DNA of 37,319 nucleotides from a virus (Duplodnaviria; Caudoviricetes). The notes under the pieces are model-generated. The model was not told where the DNA came from and made no database searches. It saw nothing but the letters and a program-made list of their open reading frames with translations. The stretch spans positions 1 through 37,319 of the IMG/VR virus record IMGVR_UViG_3300046786_000638; one strand, given 5' to 3'. Positions within the stretch are counted from its first letter, which is position 1; each line of letters starts with the position of its first letter. This document shows, piece by piece, positions 1 through 8,363 of this stretch. The position numbers and the translations under genes were made by a program.

Positions 1-124
1 CCACTGAACTGTTCCCCCACGCCACCACTGAACTGTTCCCCCGCGCCTCCACTGAACTGTTCTCCCACGCCACCACTGAACTGTTCCCCCACGCCTCCAC
101 TGAACTGTTCTCCCGCGCCTCCAC
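1..124 (-). repeat. 24-bp coding tandem repeat, 5 units
   Basis: Minus-strand unit GTG G(T/A)G GCG (T/C)GG G(G/A)G AAC AGT TCA, read directly. Confidence 0.97.
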
Positions 125-253
125 TTGTAGGTAATACTGTTTGTCTACAACTATTCTTTTCCAGTAAGTGCCTCCTTCGATTTGGATCTGTACCGCATCT
201 TTTACATCTACCTTATTTAAATCTTCTTGTGTTTTAACTACTATTGTTTTCAT
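1..253 (-). CDS. N-terminal part of the octapeptide-repeat protein (continues at 37319..36622)
   Basis: ATG at 253. Reads MKTIVVKTQEDLNK...LQVEARENSSVEAWGNSS and is open to the window edge. Same repeat as ORF 36622-37314. Confidence 0.85.
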   Translation of the reverse strand, partial: MKTIVVKTQEDLNKVDVKDAVQIQIEGGTYWKRIVVDKQYYLQVEARENSSVEAWGNSSVVAWENSSVEARGNSSVVAWGNSSV

Positions 254-254
254 A

Positions 255-476
255 CTAATCTGTTTTCTTTACTAATGTAATAACAATCCTGTCTGAATGT
301 ACAGAGTACTCGACCATACGCGCGACGTTTATACCAACCTGAGCAATAATCCCATCAAGGGCAATATCCAAGTCGGTATGTGCCCTTTTCTGGTACTCCT
401 CTGCTACCCTTTTCACTTCGTTCACGACTGCCACTTCTATCGCTTTTTCTACACCTTCTACAAATGTTTGTGCCAT
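255..476 (-). CDS. Hypothetical protein
   Basis: 73-aa ORF tightly packed between the exonuclease and the repeat-protein gene. Confidence 0.75.
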   Translation of the reverse strand: MAQTFVEGVEKAIEVAVVNEVKRVAEEYQKRAHTDLDIALDGIIAQVGINVARMVEYSVHSDRIVITLVKKTD

Positions 477-480
477 ACGT

Positions 481-1089
481 TTAGAAAGCCAACTCCGCTA
501 CTAATCTATTCACCTCACTCAGCACCTCGACCTGGTACTGCTTGTACAACTCTATATCTTCAAGCAAGTCTTCCCTGTAAAAAGTGAGGAAAAACATAGG
601 CTTTGCTGTTACTCGTGGATCGTAGAATACGAAGTCCAGTCGCTCACACTTTGGGTTCACGATAAAATACTGCAACTTCTGAAACTCGTACTCGCTCGGT
701 ATCTGCTTCTCAAAGTACGCTTGCAGGTACTTCGGAGTGGATAGACACTTCACCTCTGCCATACGCTTGCTGTCCTTGCTCAGTCCGTCCGGTGAAACTG
801 CCATTTCAGGGTTCTCGTCAGAGATACAGAATAGTCCTCTTCGGAACGTAACGCCTTCCTCTTTCTCAAACAGCGAAAGCGCCTCGTCTTCCAAACGGTG
901 TCCTCTGTCCATAGGATTTTCGTCCCCTGCTTCAAGTGCAATGTTGTCCGCTACAAGCTCATAGAACCCCAACTTGCGACCTGTACCACGCTTCACTACG
1001 ATATCCCCAAGTTTGCTACCAGTGATTTTGCCTCGTCGTGCTTCGAGCCACTCCGGCGTATTCTGTTCTAAGTTCTCAATTATTTTCAT
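481..1089 (-). CDS. YqaJ/lambda-exonuclease-like recombination nuclease
   Basis: QNTPEWLEARRGKITGS, MDRGHRLEDEA, SPDG, EVKC and Q-x-Q motifs. Confidence 0.92.
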   Translation of the reverse strand: MKIIENLEQNTPEWLEARRGKITGSKLGDIVVKRGTGRKLGFYELVADNIALEAGDENPMDRGHRLEDEALSLFEKEEGVTFRRGLFCISDENPEMAVSPDGLSKDSKRMAEVKCLSTPKYLQAYFEKQIPSEYEFQKLQYFIVNPKCERLDFVFYDPRVTAKPMFFLTFYREDLLEDIELYKQYQVEVLSEVNRLVAELAF

Positions 1090-1092
1090 ATG

Positions 1093-1773
1093 TTAGTTTA
1101 AGTCTAGTGGTAGTAATGATGGGTCAACTTCTCCTTCTTCAACTTTGACGTCCTTCTTCGTTGGTGCTTTCTTTTTAATGCCAGACGGAGCAGTTGTCGG
1201 CTCTTGCACTGCTACCTTCTCTGGTGCCACTGGGACGTTAGTGAGTCGCTTGTATGTCGCATTCTTCGTTGCAATAACATCTGCGTCTGCAAGCATTCCA
1301 CACGCGAGAAACTTCTCCTTCAACTCGTCTACTGTTTTGCACGCTTCAAGCATCTTCACGATTGCGTTCACCCCCTCCTTTTTCTTCTCTTGAAAACTGT
1401 GGAACTCCTCCATTTCTTCTGACGAAGCAATTTCTCCACCTGCCAAATAACCAAGAAACGCTAGTGCTCGTCCCACGGCTAGTGTCTCCTGTTTTTCAAA
1501 CCCTTTGTCATTTGAAACGGTGCCCATAGAGTTGCCTGTTGCGCGAGCAGAGTTCTGGTCATTCAGATCCTTAATAATAGTGGCTTTGAAAAACATTTGT
1601 CCTCCGTCGAGCAACGTAGGAACTGTCTCGATTGAACCGTTTGGGTTTTCTTCACGGAAGATTTTGATACGGTCAGCAACCTTTGCGTAGTCAATGTCAA
1701 GAACTTTCTTTTCACCTGTTCTCTTGTCGGTATACGTTTTTTGGATGCGCGTAGTCTTTGTCCTTTTTTCCAT
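1093..1773 (-). CDS. Putative single-strand annealing protein (Rad52/Sak/Erf-like)
   Basis: YAKVADRIKIF and FEKQETLAVGRALAFLG motifs. Lies next to the exonuclease. Has a disordered C-terminal tail. ATG at 1773 chosen as start. Confidence 0.55.
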   Translation of the reverse strand: MEKRTKTTRIQKTYTDKRTGEKKVLDIDYAKVADRIKIFREENPNGSIETVPTLLDGGQMFFKATIIKDLNDQNSARATGNSMGTVSNDKGFEKQETLAVGRALAFLGYLAGGEIASSEEMEEFHSFQEKKKEGVNAIVKMLEACKTVDELKEKFLACGMLADADVIATKNATYKRLTNVPVAPEKVAVQEPTTAPSGIKKKAPTKKDVKVEEGEVDPSLLPLDLN

Positions 1774-1775
1774 AC

Positions 1776-1889
1776 TTATTCTTCTGCACACCCTAGTTGA
1801 ATGTTCGACCTTTGTGCAACTCTCGTCGCCTGTTTTGCAAAGTAGTTGTTCTTTGCTGTACTGATCTTAAACTCACTTTTTTTCTGCAT
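1776..1889 (-). CDS. Small hypothetical protein (37 aa)
   Basis: MQKKSEFKISTAKNNYFAKQATRVAQRSNIQLGCAEE. First ORF after the leftward promoter. Its stop is 2 nt from the next ATG. Confidence 0.5.
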   Translation of the reverse strand: MQKKSEFKISTAKNNYFAKQATRVAQRSNIQLGCAEE

Positions 1890-1919
1890 ACTTTTGTATA
1901 ATTACTTGGTAATATACTC

Positions 1920-1947
1920 AGACTATCACCTGTGGAAATGTTTGCAA
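1920..1947 (-). promoter_or_regulatory. Leftward early promoter
   Basis: TTGCAA-N16-TAGTCT with extended TG. DnaA-box-like ATTTCCACA in the spacer. Confidence 0.55.
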
Positions 1948-2070
1948 GGCGTATATACAAAATAGCTGTTGATAAGTAAAAAATACCCTTGTTTTGCTGA
2001 TGTTATTTTAGTGTTGTGTGGTAGTCTTAAAACCGTGCACCAGAGTCTTGGAAACAAGAACAATTCAAAC

Positions 2071-2112
2071 AGTAAAACAGCTACCCGTTTCGTGGTAGCT
2101 GTTTTACTTTTT
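2071..2112 (+). terminator. Hairpin or intrinsic terminator
   Basis: Perfect 15-bp inverted repeat AGTAAAACAGCTACC (2071-2085) / GGTAGCTGTTTTACT (2094-2108), followed by Ts. Confidence 0.7.
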
Positions 2113-2145
2113 CCACATGACACGAACACAAAGCGTGTGTATACT
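2109..2145 (+). promoter_or_regulatory. Sigma70-like promoter with adjacent DnaA-box-like site
   Basis: TTTTCCACA 2109-2117, then ATGACA-N17-TATACT. Confidence 0.55.
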
Positions 2146-2201
2146 ACTCATGAGGTACGTTGGGTGGTGTGTAGATCAGAAGTACCTGGAACTATAAAAC
2201 A

Positions 2202-2324
2202 ATGAAAGGAAACGAAAAAGACTGTATATGTCAAAAGTCACAAGGAACTCACACAAAGAAATGTGATTCTTATAGACTGTCTCAGTTCTTCTTGAAATGT
2301 GCTGGAACTTTGTATCTTAAATAG
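2202..2324 (+). CDS. Possible small Zn-binding protein (40 aa)
   Basis: MKGNEKDCICQKSQGTHTKKCDSY..., with a CxC-x6-H-x3-C pattern. Confidence 0.35.
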   Translation: MKGNEKDCICQKSQGTHTKKCDSYRLSQFFLKCAGTLYLK

Positions 2325-2450
2325 GAATGGCGGAGAGTAACGCAACGTAATGAAGGGTGACTATACGAGTTAGATTTCGGTGCGACTCCGAACTAGAGCT
2401 AGGGCTATTCTCGGCAATTCCCTTCTTCCTATTTAAGATAGAGAGTTTCA
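2303..2450 (+). ncRNA. Putative structured RNA with tRNA-like elements
   Basis: 25-bp closing stem 2303-2327/2426-2450 (15-bp perfect core, two G-U pairs, one mismatch). Internal T-arm-like TTCGG-TGCGACT-CCGAA. Confidence 0.55.
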
Positions 2451-2472
2451 AACTTTGTTTGTTGTAATGCGT

Positions 2473-2519
2473 TTATCCACATGACCCATCTTGGCTTGGT
2501 GTTTGCAACATTGTATACT
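2473..2519 (+). promoter_or_regulatory. Promoter of the replication operon, preceded by a consensus DnaA box
   Basis: TTATCCACA 2473-2481. TTGGCT(2491)-N17-TATACT(2514). Confidence 0.6.
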
Positions 2520-2526
2520 TTCCTAT

Positions 2527-2616
2527 AGGCTATACAGTCTACCTTGGACTTCTTTATCTGTTGCTCGCTTCCAAGGGGGCGACAGGTGAAGAAGAAATAA
2601 AAAAACTGCGTAGCTT
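2527..2616 (+). ncRNA. Structured 5' leader of the replication gene
   Basis: 18-bp stem 2549-2566/2577-2594 with 4 G-U pairs. Outer stem 2527-2538/2605-2616. Confidence 0.55.
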
Positions 2617-2642
2617 TTAATAATCACTTAAAAGTTGTTTTT

Positions 2643-3353
2643 ATGAGCGTATCACGCATGATTGATTCTCGTTTTTGGTCGGATAGTTTTGTGGTGGATA
2701 AACTAAATCCTCTTGACAGGTATCTGTTTCTGTATTTTATTACAAACGAAAGAACAAACCTTTCCGGTGTGTATGAAGTACCACTACGAACGATCTCAAA
2801 TGAGACTGGAATAGAAAAAGAGGAAATAGTGAGAATGATGGAAAGATTGAGAGGAAAAGTGGAGTATAAAGACGGGTGGGTGTGTTTGGTGAACTTTACA
2901 AAACATCAGAACATGAAGAACGGTTCTATCGTAAAAGGTATAGAAAACAAGCTAAATGAGCTTCCTGAGTCGATAAAACTATGGGTTTCTGAACTCAGAA
3001 ATACACACCACTCGTATACCACTGGTATACCACTCGTACACGAGCCGTATACGTCTCCCGACAAAGGAATTGAATTAAAAGGAATTAAAAGGAAAGGAAA
3101 GGAAGAGAATACAGCACCAACAAAAACAGCAGAGGATTCCTTTTTTTCAACTCTTGAAGATAATCTCGTACCGACAGCGGGACTACCACTCGAAGAAGTG
3201 AGGAAGTTCCACCGGTACTGGGGTGAGAAAAACAGGAAAGGAAAAATGAAGTGGGAGTTGCAAAAAACATTTGAACTCACCAGACGTATGGCAACGTGGA
3301 GAGAGCGAGCGTTTGGAATTACTAACCAACAAGAAGAAACTATACACCTGTAA
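2643..3353 (+). CDS. Phage replication initiator (N-terminal wHTH, replisome-organiser type)
   Basis: RMIDSRFWSD...LDRYLFLYFITN...SGVYE N-terminus, internal iterons, K/E-rich linker. Confidence 0.8.
   Translation: MSVSRMIDSRFWSDSFVVDKLNPLDRYLFLYFITNERTNLSGVYEVPLRTISNETGIEKEEIVRMMERLRGKVEYKDGWVCLVNFTKHQNMKNGSIVKGIENKLNELPESIKLWVSELRNTHHSYTTGIPLVHEPYTSPDKGIELKGIKRKGKEENTAPTKTAEDSFFSTLEDNLVPTAGLPLEEVRKFHRYWGEKNRKGKMKWELQKTFELTRRMATWRERAFGITNQQEETIHL
3007..3108 (+). repeat. Iterons plus A-rich tract: putative replication origin
   Basis: 11-bp units ACCACTCGTAT, ACCACTGGTAT, ACCACTCGTAC, ACGAGCCGTAT (3007-3050), followed by a purine-rich tract containing AAAGGAATT repeats. Confidence 0.7.
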
Positions 3354-3357
3354 CAAC

Positions 3358-3930
3358 ATGTCAAAACTTTATCTCAAAGGGGTGCAAAAACCCATCACCA
3401 TTACAACTTCACAAGCTAGAAACTTAAACCTGCTGTACGAAAACAGTTTGATATCACCGAAAAAGAGCATCAACCTGGACGGACTTCGTTTCAACAAGGA
3501 GGATATTAAATACATCATCGAAAACGACGTGGAGGACAACATGAGCGAAAGGTCGGACGCAAAGAAAGTAGAAAACGATGGTTACTACAACGACGTGAAT
3601 ACTGCTTTCACCAAGGAAGTAGCAAGACTTTGTGATCTTTCTGTCGAAGAAAAGTCCAACGACACGAGACTGTACCAGTTGGCCTGGGCAGGATTCTCAA
3701 TGTCACCTGTTGCACCAGAGTTTTTGGAAGAAGTGAAGACGAGACAGCGAACTTTCTTTGAAGCTCACCCAACATACCCATACGCGTCGATTTCGGTAGT
3801 CGACTTGCTTCCAAAAGAGAAGTCAGAACAGGACTCGGTGCGTGAGTTTTCTCCGGCGTTTGTTTCTAGTAAAATAAACTCGATAGTAGCTGAGGCATAC
3901 AGGACAGCGAAGTTCATTGGAAAAATATGA
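3358..3930 (+). CDS. Hypothetical protein in the helicase-loader position
   Basis: ATG 4 nt after the initiator stop. No NTPase motif seen. Confidence 0.7.
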   Translation: MSKLYLKGVQKPITITTSQARNLNLLYENSLISPKKSINLDGLRFNKEDIKYIIENDVEDNMSERSDAKKVENDGYYNDVNTAFTKEVARLCDLSVEEKSNDTRLYQLAWAGFSMSPVAPEFLEEVKTRQRTFFEAHPTYPYASISVVDLLPKEKSEQDSVREFSPAFVSSKINSIVAEAYRTAKFIGKI

Positions 3931-4304
3931 TTAAAATCGTCCTTGCTGGAATGGCGCCAGCCAAGAAAAACTCAAAAAGATGGATTCAGAGGGGTGGACT
4001 GAGGTTCCTAGTACCCTCAGAAAGGCATGAAACGTGGCATGGTGGGGCTTTTGTAGAAGTTTTGAGGCAGACTAAGGGTGTACGTCAAAAGATGCCCTTA
4101 AATGTCCAAAAAATCGAAATGACGTTTTACTGCGCTGACAAGAGGCGGAGAGACAGCACGAACTGTGCGGAGAGTATCATGGACTTGTTGGTGGATGTGG
4201 GGGTGATCAAGGACGACAACATGATCGAAGTACCAGAACTGAGACTTGTGTACGGAGGGGTGGTAAAGGAAAACGCTAGAACGGAAATCATTATTTATCT
4301 ATGA
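3927..4304 (+). CDS. rusA: RusA-family Holliday junction resolvase
   Basis: PAKKNS and DKRRRDSTNCAESIMDLL...GVIKDDN motifs. Confidence 0.85.
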   Translation: MIKIVLAGMAPAKKNSKRWIQRGGLRFLVPSERHETWHGGAFVEVLRQTKGVRQKMPLNVQKIEMTFYCADKRRRDSTNCAESIMDLLVDVGVIKDDNMIEVPELRLVYGGVVKENARTEIIIYL

Positions 4305-4959
4305 AACTAATCTTGCAACTTTGCGCTGACACAGGAAGTGATACAAAACCGTACCGAGACGCAGGGTACGATGTTATTCTTGTCGGGAAAGAAATCGGAG
4401 TAGAAAACTATCACCCTCCAAAAAACGTATACGGTATAATTGCTAACCCAGTATGTACGGAGTTCTCGACAGCAAGGAGTGACGGAAAAGCAAGAAACCC
4501 AGAAGAGGGTATGAAACTTGTGAACGAGTGTTTGAGAATTATAGATGAGTGTGACGACTCTCTAAAGTTTTGGGTAATAGAGAAAACCCTGCTCGTGGAG
4601 TACTAAAAGACTTTTTGGGGCCTCCTCAGTTTCAATACCAACCGTGGGAGTACGGAAGTCCGTGGACTAAACATACCGCTCTGTGGGGAAAGTTCAACAC
4701 ACCTCCTAAGTTGTTCCAAAAGTGGGAAGACGTACCTAAAATACCAGAGCTTTATACACGACCTGGAAGGGGAAAGCCATCACTCGCTTTTATGCACGCA
4801 AAAGCACACATGAAGTTTATTCGAGAGTTTGACTGTTTCGCAGAGGAAATACTTAAAAAACCATCAAGAGACAAAAAGAACGGAGGAGGTGCAGACATGG
4901 AGTTTCGATCACTAAACTCTCAGAAGTTTGCCAAGGCTTTTTTTGAAGCCAATCGGTGA
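4301..4959 (+). pseudogene. DNA cytosine-5 methyltransferase, frameshifted at ~4580
   Basis: Motif I-like ILQLCADTGS and motif IV NPVCTEFS are present. Motif VI FWVIENP is split between frames (4301-4606 and 4570-4959). Confidence 0.8.
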
Positions 4960-5063
4960 GTGTTAGAAACTTTTATAAGTTTCACTCCACAGACACCGCT
5001 ATCCACAGGGACAAAACAATGAAAAATGTTAAAATTAAATTGTACCAATTTAAATAACAAAGC

Positions 5064-5516
5064 ATGATAAAAATAAAGTTTTTCCTACCTGACGAAAGCG
5101 ACGACGCAAACCATTTTCTTGAACAGAACGGAAACGCAAATGGTGTGATCGCATATACCACAAACGGTATCTATGTCACGTATGAAGACGGGGTGTTTAC
5201 TGACGGGATGAAGAAGACCGTGCTTTTTAATAAGATGATCGACGCACAGAAGAAGAAGACCATTGTGGAAGCGGACTATAACCGTGACGCAAAGGATTAC
5301 AGCGTGTTTTCACAGGAGGTGGTTGACTTGAAAGAGAAGATCGCAAACTGTAGTGACCCTGCTGAGGCAAAGAAGTTGAAAGGGGATCTTAAAACGTCTG
5401 AGGATGCTGCACAAAACGCAAGTAACCAAATGCTTCTTCAGCTTGGAACGATGAGAGTGTACGACAAGGAGATTGACGGATGTAAACTTGTGCTAGAGGC
5501 AATGAACCATGCTTAG
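5064..5516 (+). CDS. Hypothetical coiled-coil protein
   Basis: 150-aa ORF after an AT-rich promoter-like region with two DnaA-box-like motifs. Confidence 0.75.
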   Translation: MIKIKFFLPDESDDANHFLEQNGNANGVIAYTTNGIYVTYEDGVFTDGMKKTVLFNKMIDAQKKKTIVEADYNRDAKDYSVFSQEVVDLKEKIANCSDPAEAKKLKGDLKTSEDAAQNASNQMLLQLGTMRVYDKEIDGCKLVLEAMNHA

Positions 5517-5913
5517 GATAGACATAGCGACAATTCCAACTGAAAGTCAGCGCTATAAAACGCTTGGAGACTACTATGCAAAATACTCAGGAGGACTTAT
5601 TTTTGATGTAGTTGCAGTTTCAGACATGGGGAATCGTTACTACGAGTTTCTTATTGCTCTACACGAAGTGGTAGAAATGTGTCTTTGTCAGAAACGAGGA
5701 ATCAAAGAAGAAGACATTACTGCTTTTGATGTAGCTTTTGATAAAGATGGGGAGCCAGGAGACGACCCACGTGCTCCGTACTTCAAAGAACATCAGTTTG
5801 CCACCACATTGGAGAAAATGATGTGTGCTGAGCTTGGTATAGATTGGGACGTTTATAATCAGTTTTGTGACCAGTTTTTCAAGTCTACGTATGACAATAG
5901 TAAAGTCGCTTAA
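5509..5913 (+). CDS. Hypothetical protein, possible metal-dependent hydrolase
   Basis: IALHEVVE (HExxE) and downstream EHQFA. Also QRYxTxGDY and PGDDP motifs. Confidence 0.6.
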   Translation: MLRIDIATIPTESQRYKTLGDYYAKYSGGLIFDVVAVSDMGNRYYEFLIALHEVVEMCLCQKRGIKEEDITAFDVAFDKDGEPGDDPRAPYFKEHQFATTLEKMMCAELGIDWDVYNQFCDQFFKSTYDNSKVA

Positions 5914-5914
5914 A

Positions 5915-6055
5915 ATGCCTGATCACGGGCATCCACACAGAGTACACAGGAAAAAGAGAAAGACCGTGGATAGAAGTAAACTTGACCGGAGAAAGAGAAT
6001 AGAAAGGAAGAAGAAGTTGGAGGAGATAAAATTAAAAGAACTATCACAATTATAG
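5915..6055 (+). CDS. Small highly basic protein
   Basis: MPDHGHPHRVHRKKRK..., with ATG just after the upstream stop. Confidence 0.55.
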   Translation: MPDHGHPHRVHRKKRKTVDRSKLDRRKRIERKKKLEEIKLKELSQL

Positions 6056-6066
6056 GACTTTATAAC

Positions 6067-6246
6067 ATGAAAATTAAAATACTTTCGCCAGAAGACCAAA
6101 GAAACTATAGACGAAGAAAGAACATGGAGAAGCACATGCGTATAGCAAGAGCAACCACTGGTGCTGTGAGAGAGAAGCATTTACAGAAAGCAAAGGGGTT
6201 GCTCGATAAGTACAAGTCACTAGATGAAAAAGCAACTGTCTCCTAG
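6067..6246 (+). CDS. Small basic hypothetical protein (59 aa)
   Basis: MKIKILSPEDQRNYRRRKNMEKHMR..., translated by hand. Fills a gap in the operon. Confidence 0.55.
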   Translation: MKIKILSPEDQRNYRRRKNMEKHMRIARATTGAVREKHLQKAKGLLDKYKSLDEKATVS

Positions 6247-6571
6247 CACTGTAAAACACAACAAGTGGAAGGAAAGAAACAGGGAAAAGTACCTTGAGTA
6301 CAAAAGGAATTGGACAAGAGCGTACAGGGGATCTAAGTTGCCAGTGAATTGGGACATACTCCTCACGTGTGAAGGGGAGCGAAAAAGAAAAAGTGTACTC
6401 AAGGTGCCGTCTAGTGAGAGGGTAAAACTCACGAAGTACAAACCAGTAGCTCCAATAGTGGACGGTAAAGTGAGATGTGCTAGGTGCGAGTGTGTGTTGA
6501 AAGAAGGTGAAGTAGTACATTGTGGGTATTGCATACGCAAACAAAAAAGTCATGGAAATAGTACCAACTAA
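6224..6571 (+). CDS. Basic protein with C-terminal Zn finger
   Basis: CARC...CGYC. Confidence 0.6.
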   Translation: MKKQLSPSTVKHNKWKERNREKYLEYKRNWTRAYRGSKLPVNWDILLTCEGERKRKSVLKVPSSERVKLTKYKPVAPIVDGKVRCARCECVLKEGEVVHCGYCIRKQKSHGNSTN

Positions 6572-6935
6572 AAAGACAACAAAGAAGCGTTCTGACAACG
6601 CTAGACAAGTGGCAAGAAAAGTGTCGGAAAATATCGGAACGGGAAAGAAGGTAGATTTGGGGGAAATAATAAGGAAACAAGGGTATTCCGATAAGACTTC
6701 ACAGACACCGCAGAGAGTCACTGAAACTAAATCGTATCAGGAGGAAATAGCCCCTATTGTTGCAAAAATGATGCAACAGCGTGAAAGGATGATGGAGGCT
6801 ATTGCTAATAAGAATTTGGATAAAAACAGTCTTCGTGATTTGGTGGATGGTATAGACAAGCTCACCAAGAACGTGCAACTTTTATCAGGTAAAGACACCT
6901 CAAAGAACAACGTGGTGTTTGGGTGGGAAGAATAA
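6552..6935 (+). CDS. terS: Putative terminase small subunit
   Basis: Directly upstream of TerL. IIRKQGYSDKTS resembles the TerS AGYS motif. Confidence 0.6.
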   Translation: MEIVPTKKTTKKRSDNARQVARKVSENIGTGKKVDLGEIIRKQGYSDKTSQTPQRVTETKSYQEEIAPIVAKMMQQRERMMEAIANKNLDKNSLRDLVDGIDKLTKNVQLLSGKDTSKNNVVFGWEE

Positions 6936-6938
6936 AAA

Positions 6939-8360
6939 ATGCCACCAACGATTAAACGAATACCCTACAAGCCTCGCAAGTGGTCGTGGTTGCTTCACAA
7001 CACCTTGAAACGGTGGATTGTGATCGTCATACACCGCCGAGGAGGAAAGACGACAGCCGTCCTCAACCATCTTCAAAGAGATTGCCTACGAAATGCACAC
7101 GCACAGTATGCTTTCGTTGCTGTAACATACAAGCAAGCAAAGCGAGTAGCGTGGAAGATGTTGAAGACTATCGCTGAACCTACTGGAGCCGTACCGAACG
7201 AAGCAGATCTAACAATGACCTACCAGAATGGGTCTATTTTGTATCTACTAGGTTCTGAAAACGTGGACGCGCTTCGTGGTATGAGTCTGTGGGGTGGTGG
7301 GCAAGACGAGGCTTCACAGCAACCGTCTGAACTGTTTTCTTCCGTCATTTCAAAGTGTTTGGCAGATCACCTCGGCTACTGGATATTTCTAGGAACACCA
7401 AAAGGAAAAAACGAGTTCTACAGAACGTATCAGAACGGGTTAGAGCACCCAGACGACTGGCAAGTGGTGTTCCGAACCATTGACGACACTCTCGCAGAGG
7501 AAGAAGGAGAAACGATAGACAACTTGCGCGTCGCTCTCGAAGACGATAGGAAACTTGTAGAACAGGGGCAGATGACACAAGAGGAGTTCGATCAGGAGTG
7601 GTACTGCTCGTTTGACGCTGCGATTAAGGGTGCATACTACGCAAAGCAGATCAGCAAAGCACGAAAAGAAGGCAGAATAGGGAAGTGGCCTGTGGACAGA
7701 AGTGTGCCAGTCTACACCGTTTCTGACCTCGGTGTTGGTACACAGTTTGCTACTGGGTTTTTCCAGGTGGTTGGTAAAGAGATTCACCTTGTAGACGTTT
7801 GGGAAGGAAGCGAAAAAGACGGACTGCCTGAGTGGAAAGAGATGATAACAAAAAAGGGGTACAAGTACGGAAAGCATTTCGCTCCACACGACATACGTCA
7901 AACCGAGTTTACAACTGGAAAGACAAGAATTGATACAGCAAAATCACTCGGTATAAACTTTGAGATAGTACACAGTATGTCTGTAGACGACGGAATAGAC
8001 GCAGGGCGACTTGCTTTTGACCGTCTTTGGATAAATGAGGCAACGTGTAGCTACTTTGTGGATGCAATATCGCAGTACTGCCAAGAGTGGGACGAGGCGC
8101 GTGGGATGTTTGTGCCTAAACCGTACAAGAACTGGACGTCTCACATGGCAGATATGTGGCGTTATGCTGCTATCGAGGAGAAAAATATGTCCGTGTCTGA
8201 GTATGACGACTACGAACAGCCTGAGTACGAAGCACCAGGAGACGCTGAGATTTTAATACCGAAAAAGAAAGAAAAGAACGAAATGGAAGGGAAGCTACAC
8301 AGAGCGGAAGTAGACTTTTACGAGCAACCAGACTACCAAAAGCCTGGGTTTGATGAATAG
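6939..8360 (+). CDS. terL: Terminase large subunit
   Basis: Walker A HRRGGKT, Walker B-like QDEA, GTPKG, nuclease SDLG and SHMADMWRY. Confidence 0.95.
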   Translation: MPPTIKRIPYKPRKWSWLLHNTLKRWIVIVIHRRGGKTTAVLNHLQRDCLRNAHAQYAFVAVTYKQAKRVAWKMLKTIAEPTGAVPNEADLTMTYQNGSILYLLGSENVDALRGMSLWGGGQDEASQQPSELFSSVISKCLADHLGYWIFLGTPKGKNEFYRTYQNGLEHPDDWQVVFRTIDDTLAEEEGETIDNLRVALEDDRKLVEQGQMTQEEFDQEWYCSFDAAIKGAYYAKQISKARKEGRIGKWPVDRSVPVYTVSDLGVGTQFATGFFQVVGKEIHLVDVWEGSEKDGLPEWKEMITKKGYKYGKHFAPHDIRQTEFTTGKTRIDTAKSLGINFEIVHSMSVDDGIDAGRLAFDRLWINEATCSYFVDAISQYCQEWDEARGMFVPKPYKNWTSHMADMWRYAAIEEKNMSVSEYDDYEQPEYEAPGDAEILIPKKKEKNEMEGKLHRAEVDFYEQPDYQKPGFDE

Positions 8361-8363
8361 TCC

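Noticed and set aside
1-124. Diversity-generating retroelement behind the repeat variation
   Set aside because: No reverse transcriptase or template/variable repeat pair. Variation is binary, not random at adenines.
2328-2425. Canonical tRNA gene
   Set aside because: No proper acceptor stem, anticodon arm or CCA could be folded. Kept only as a tRNA-like RNA.
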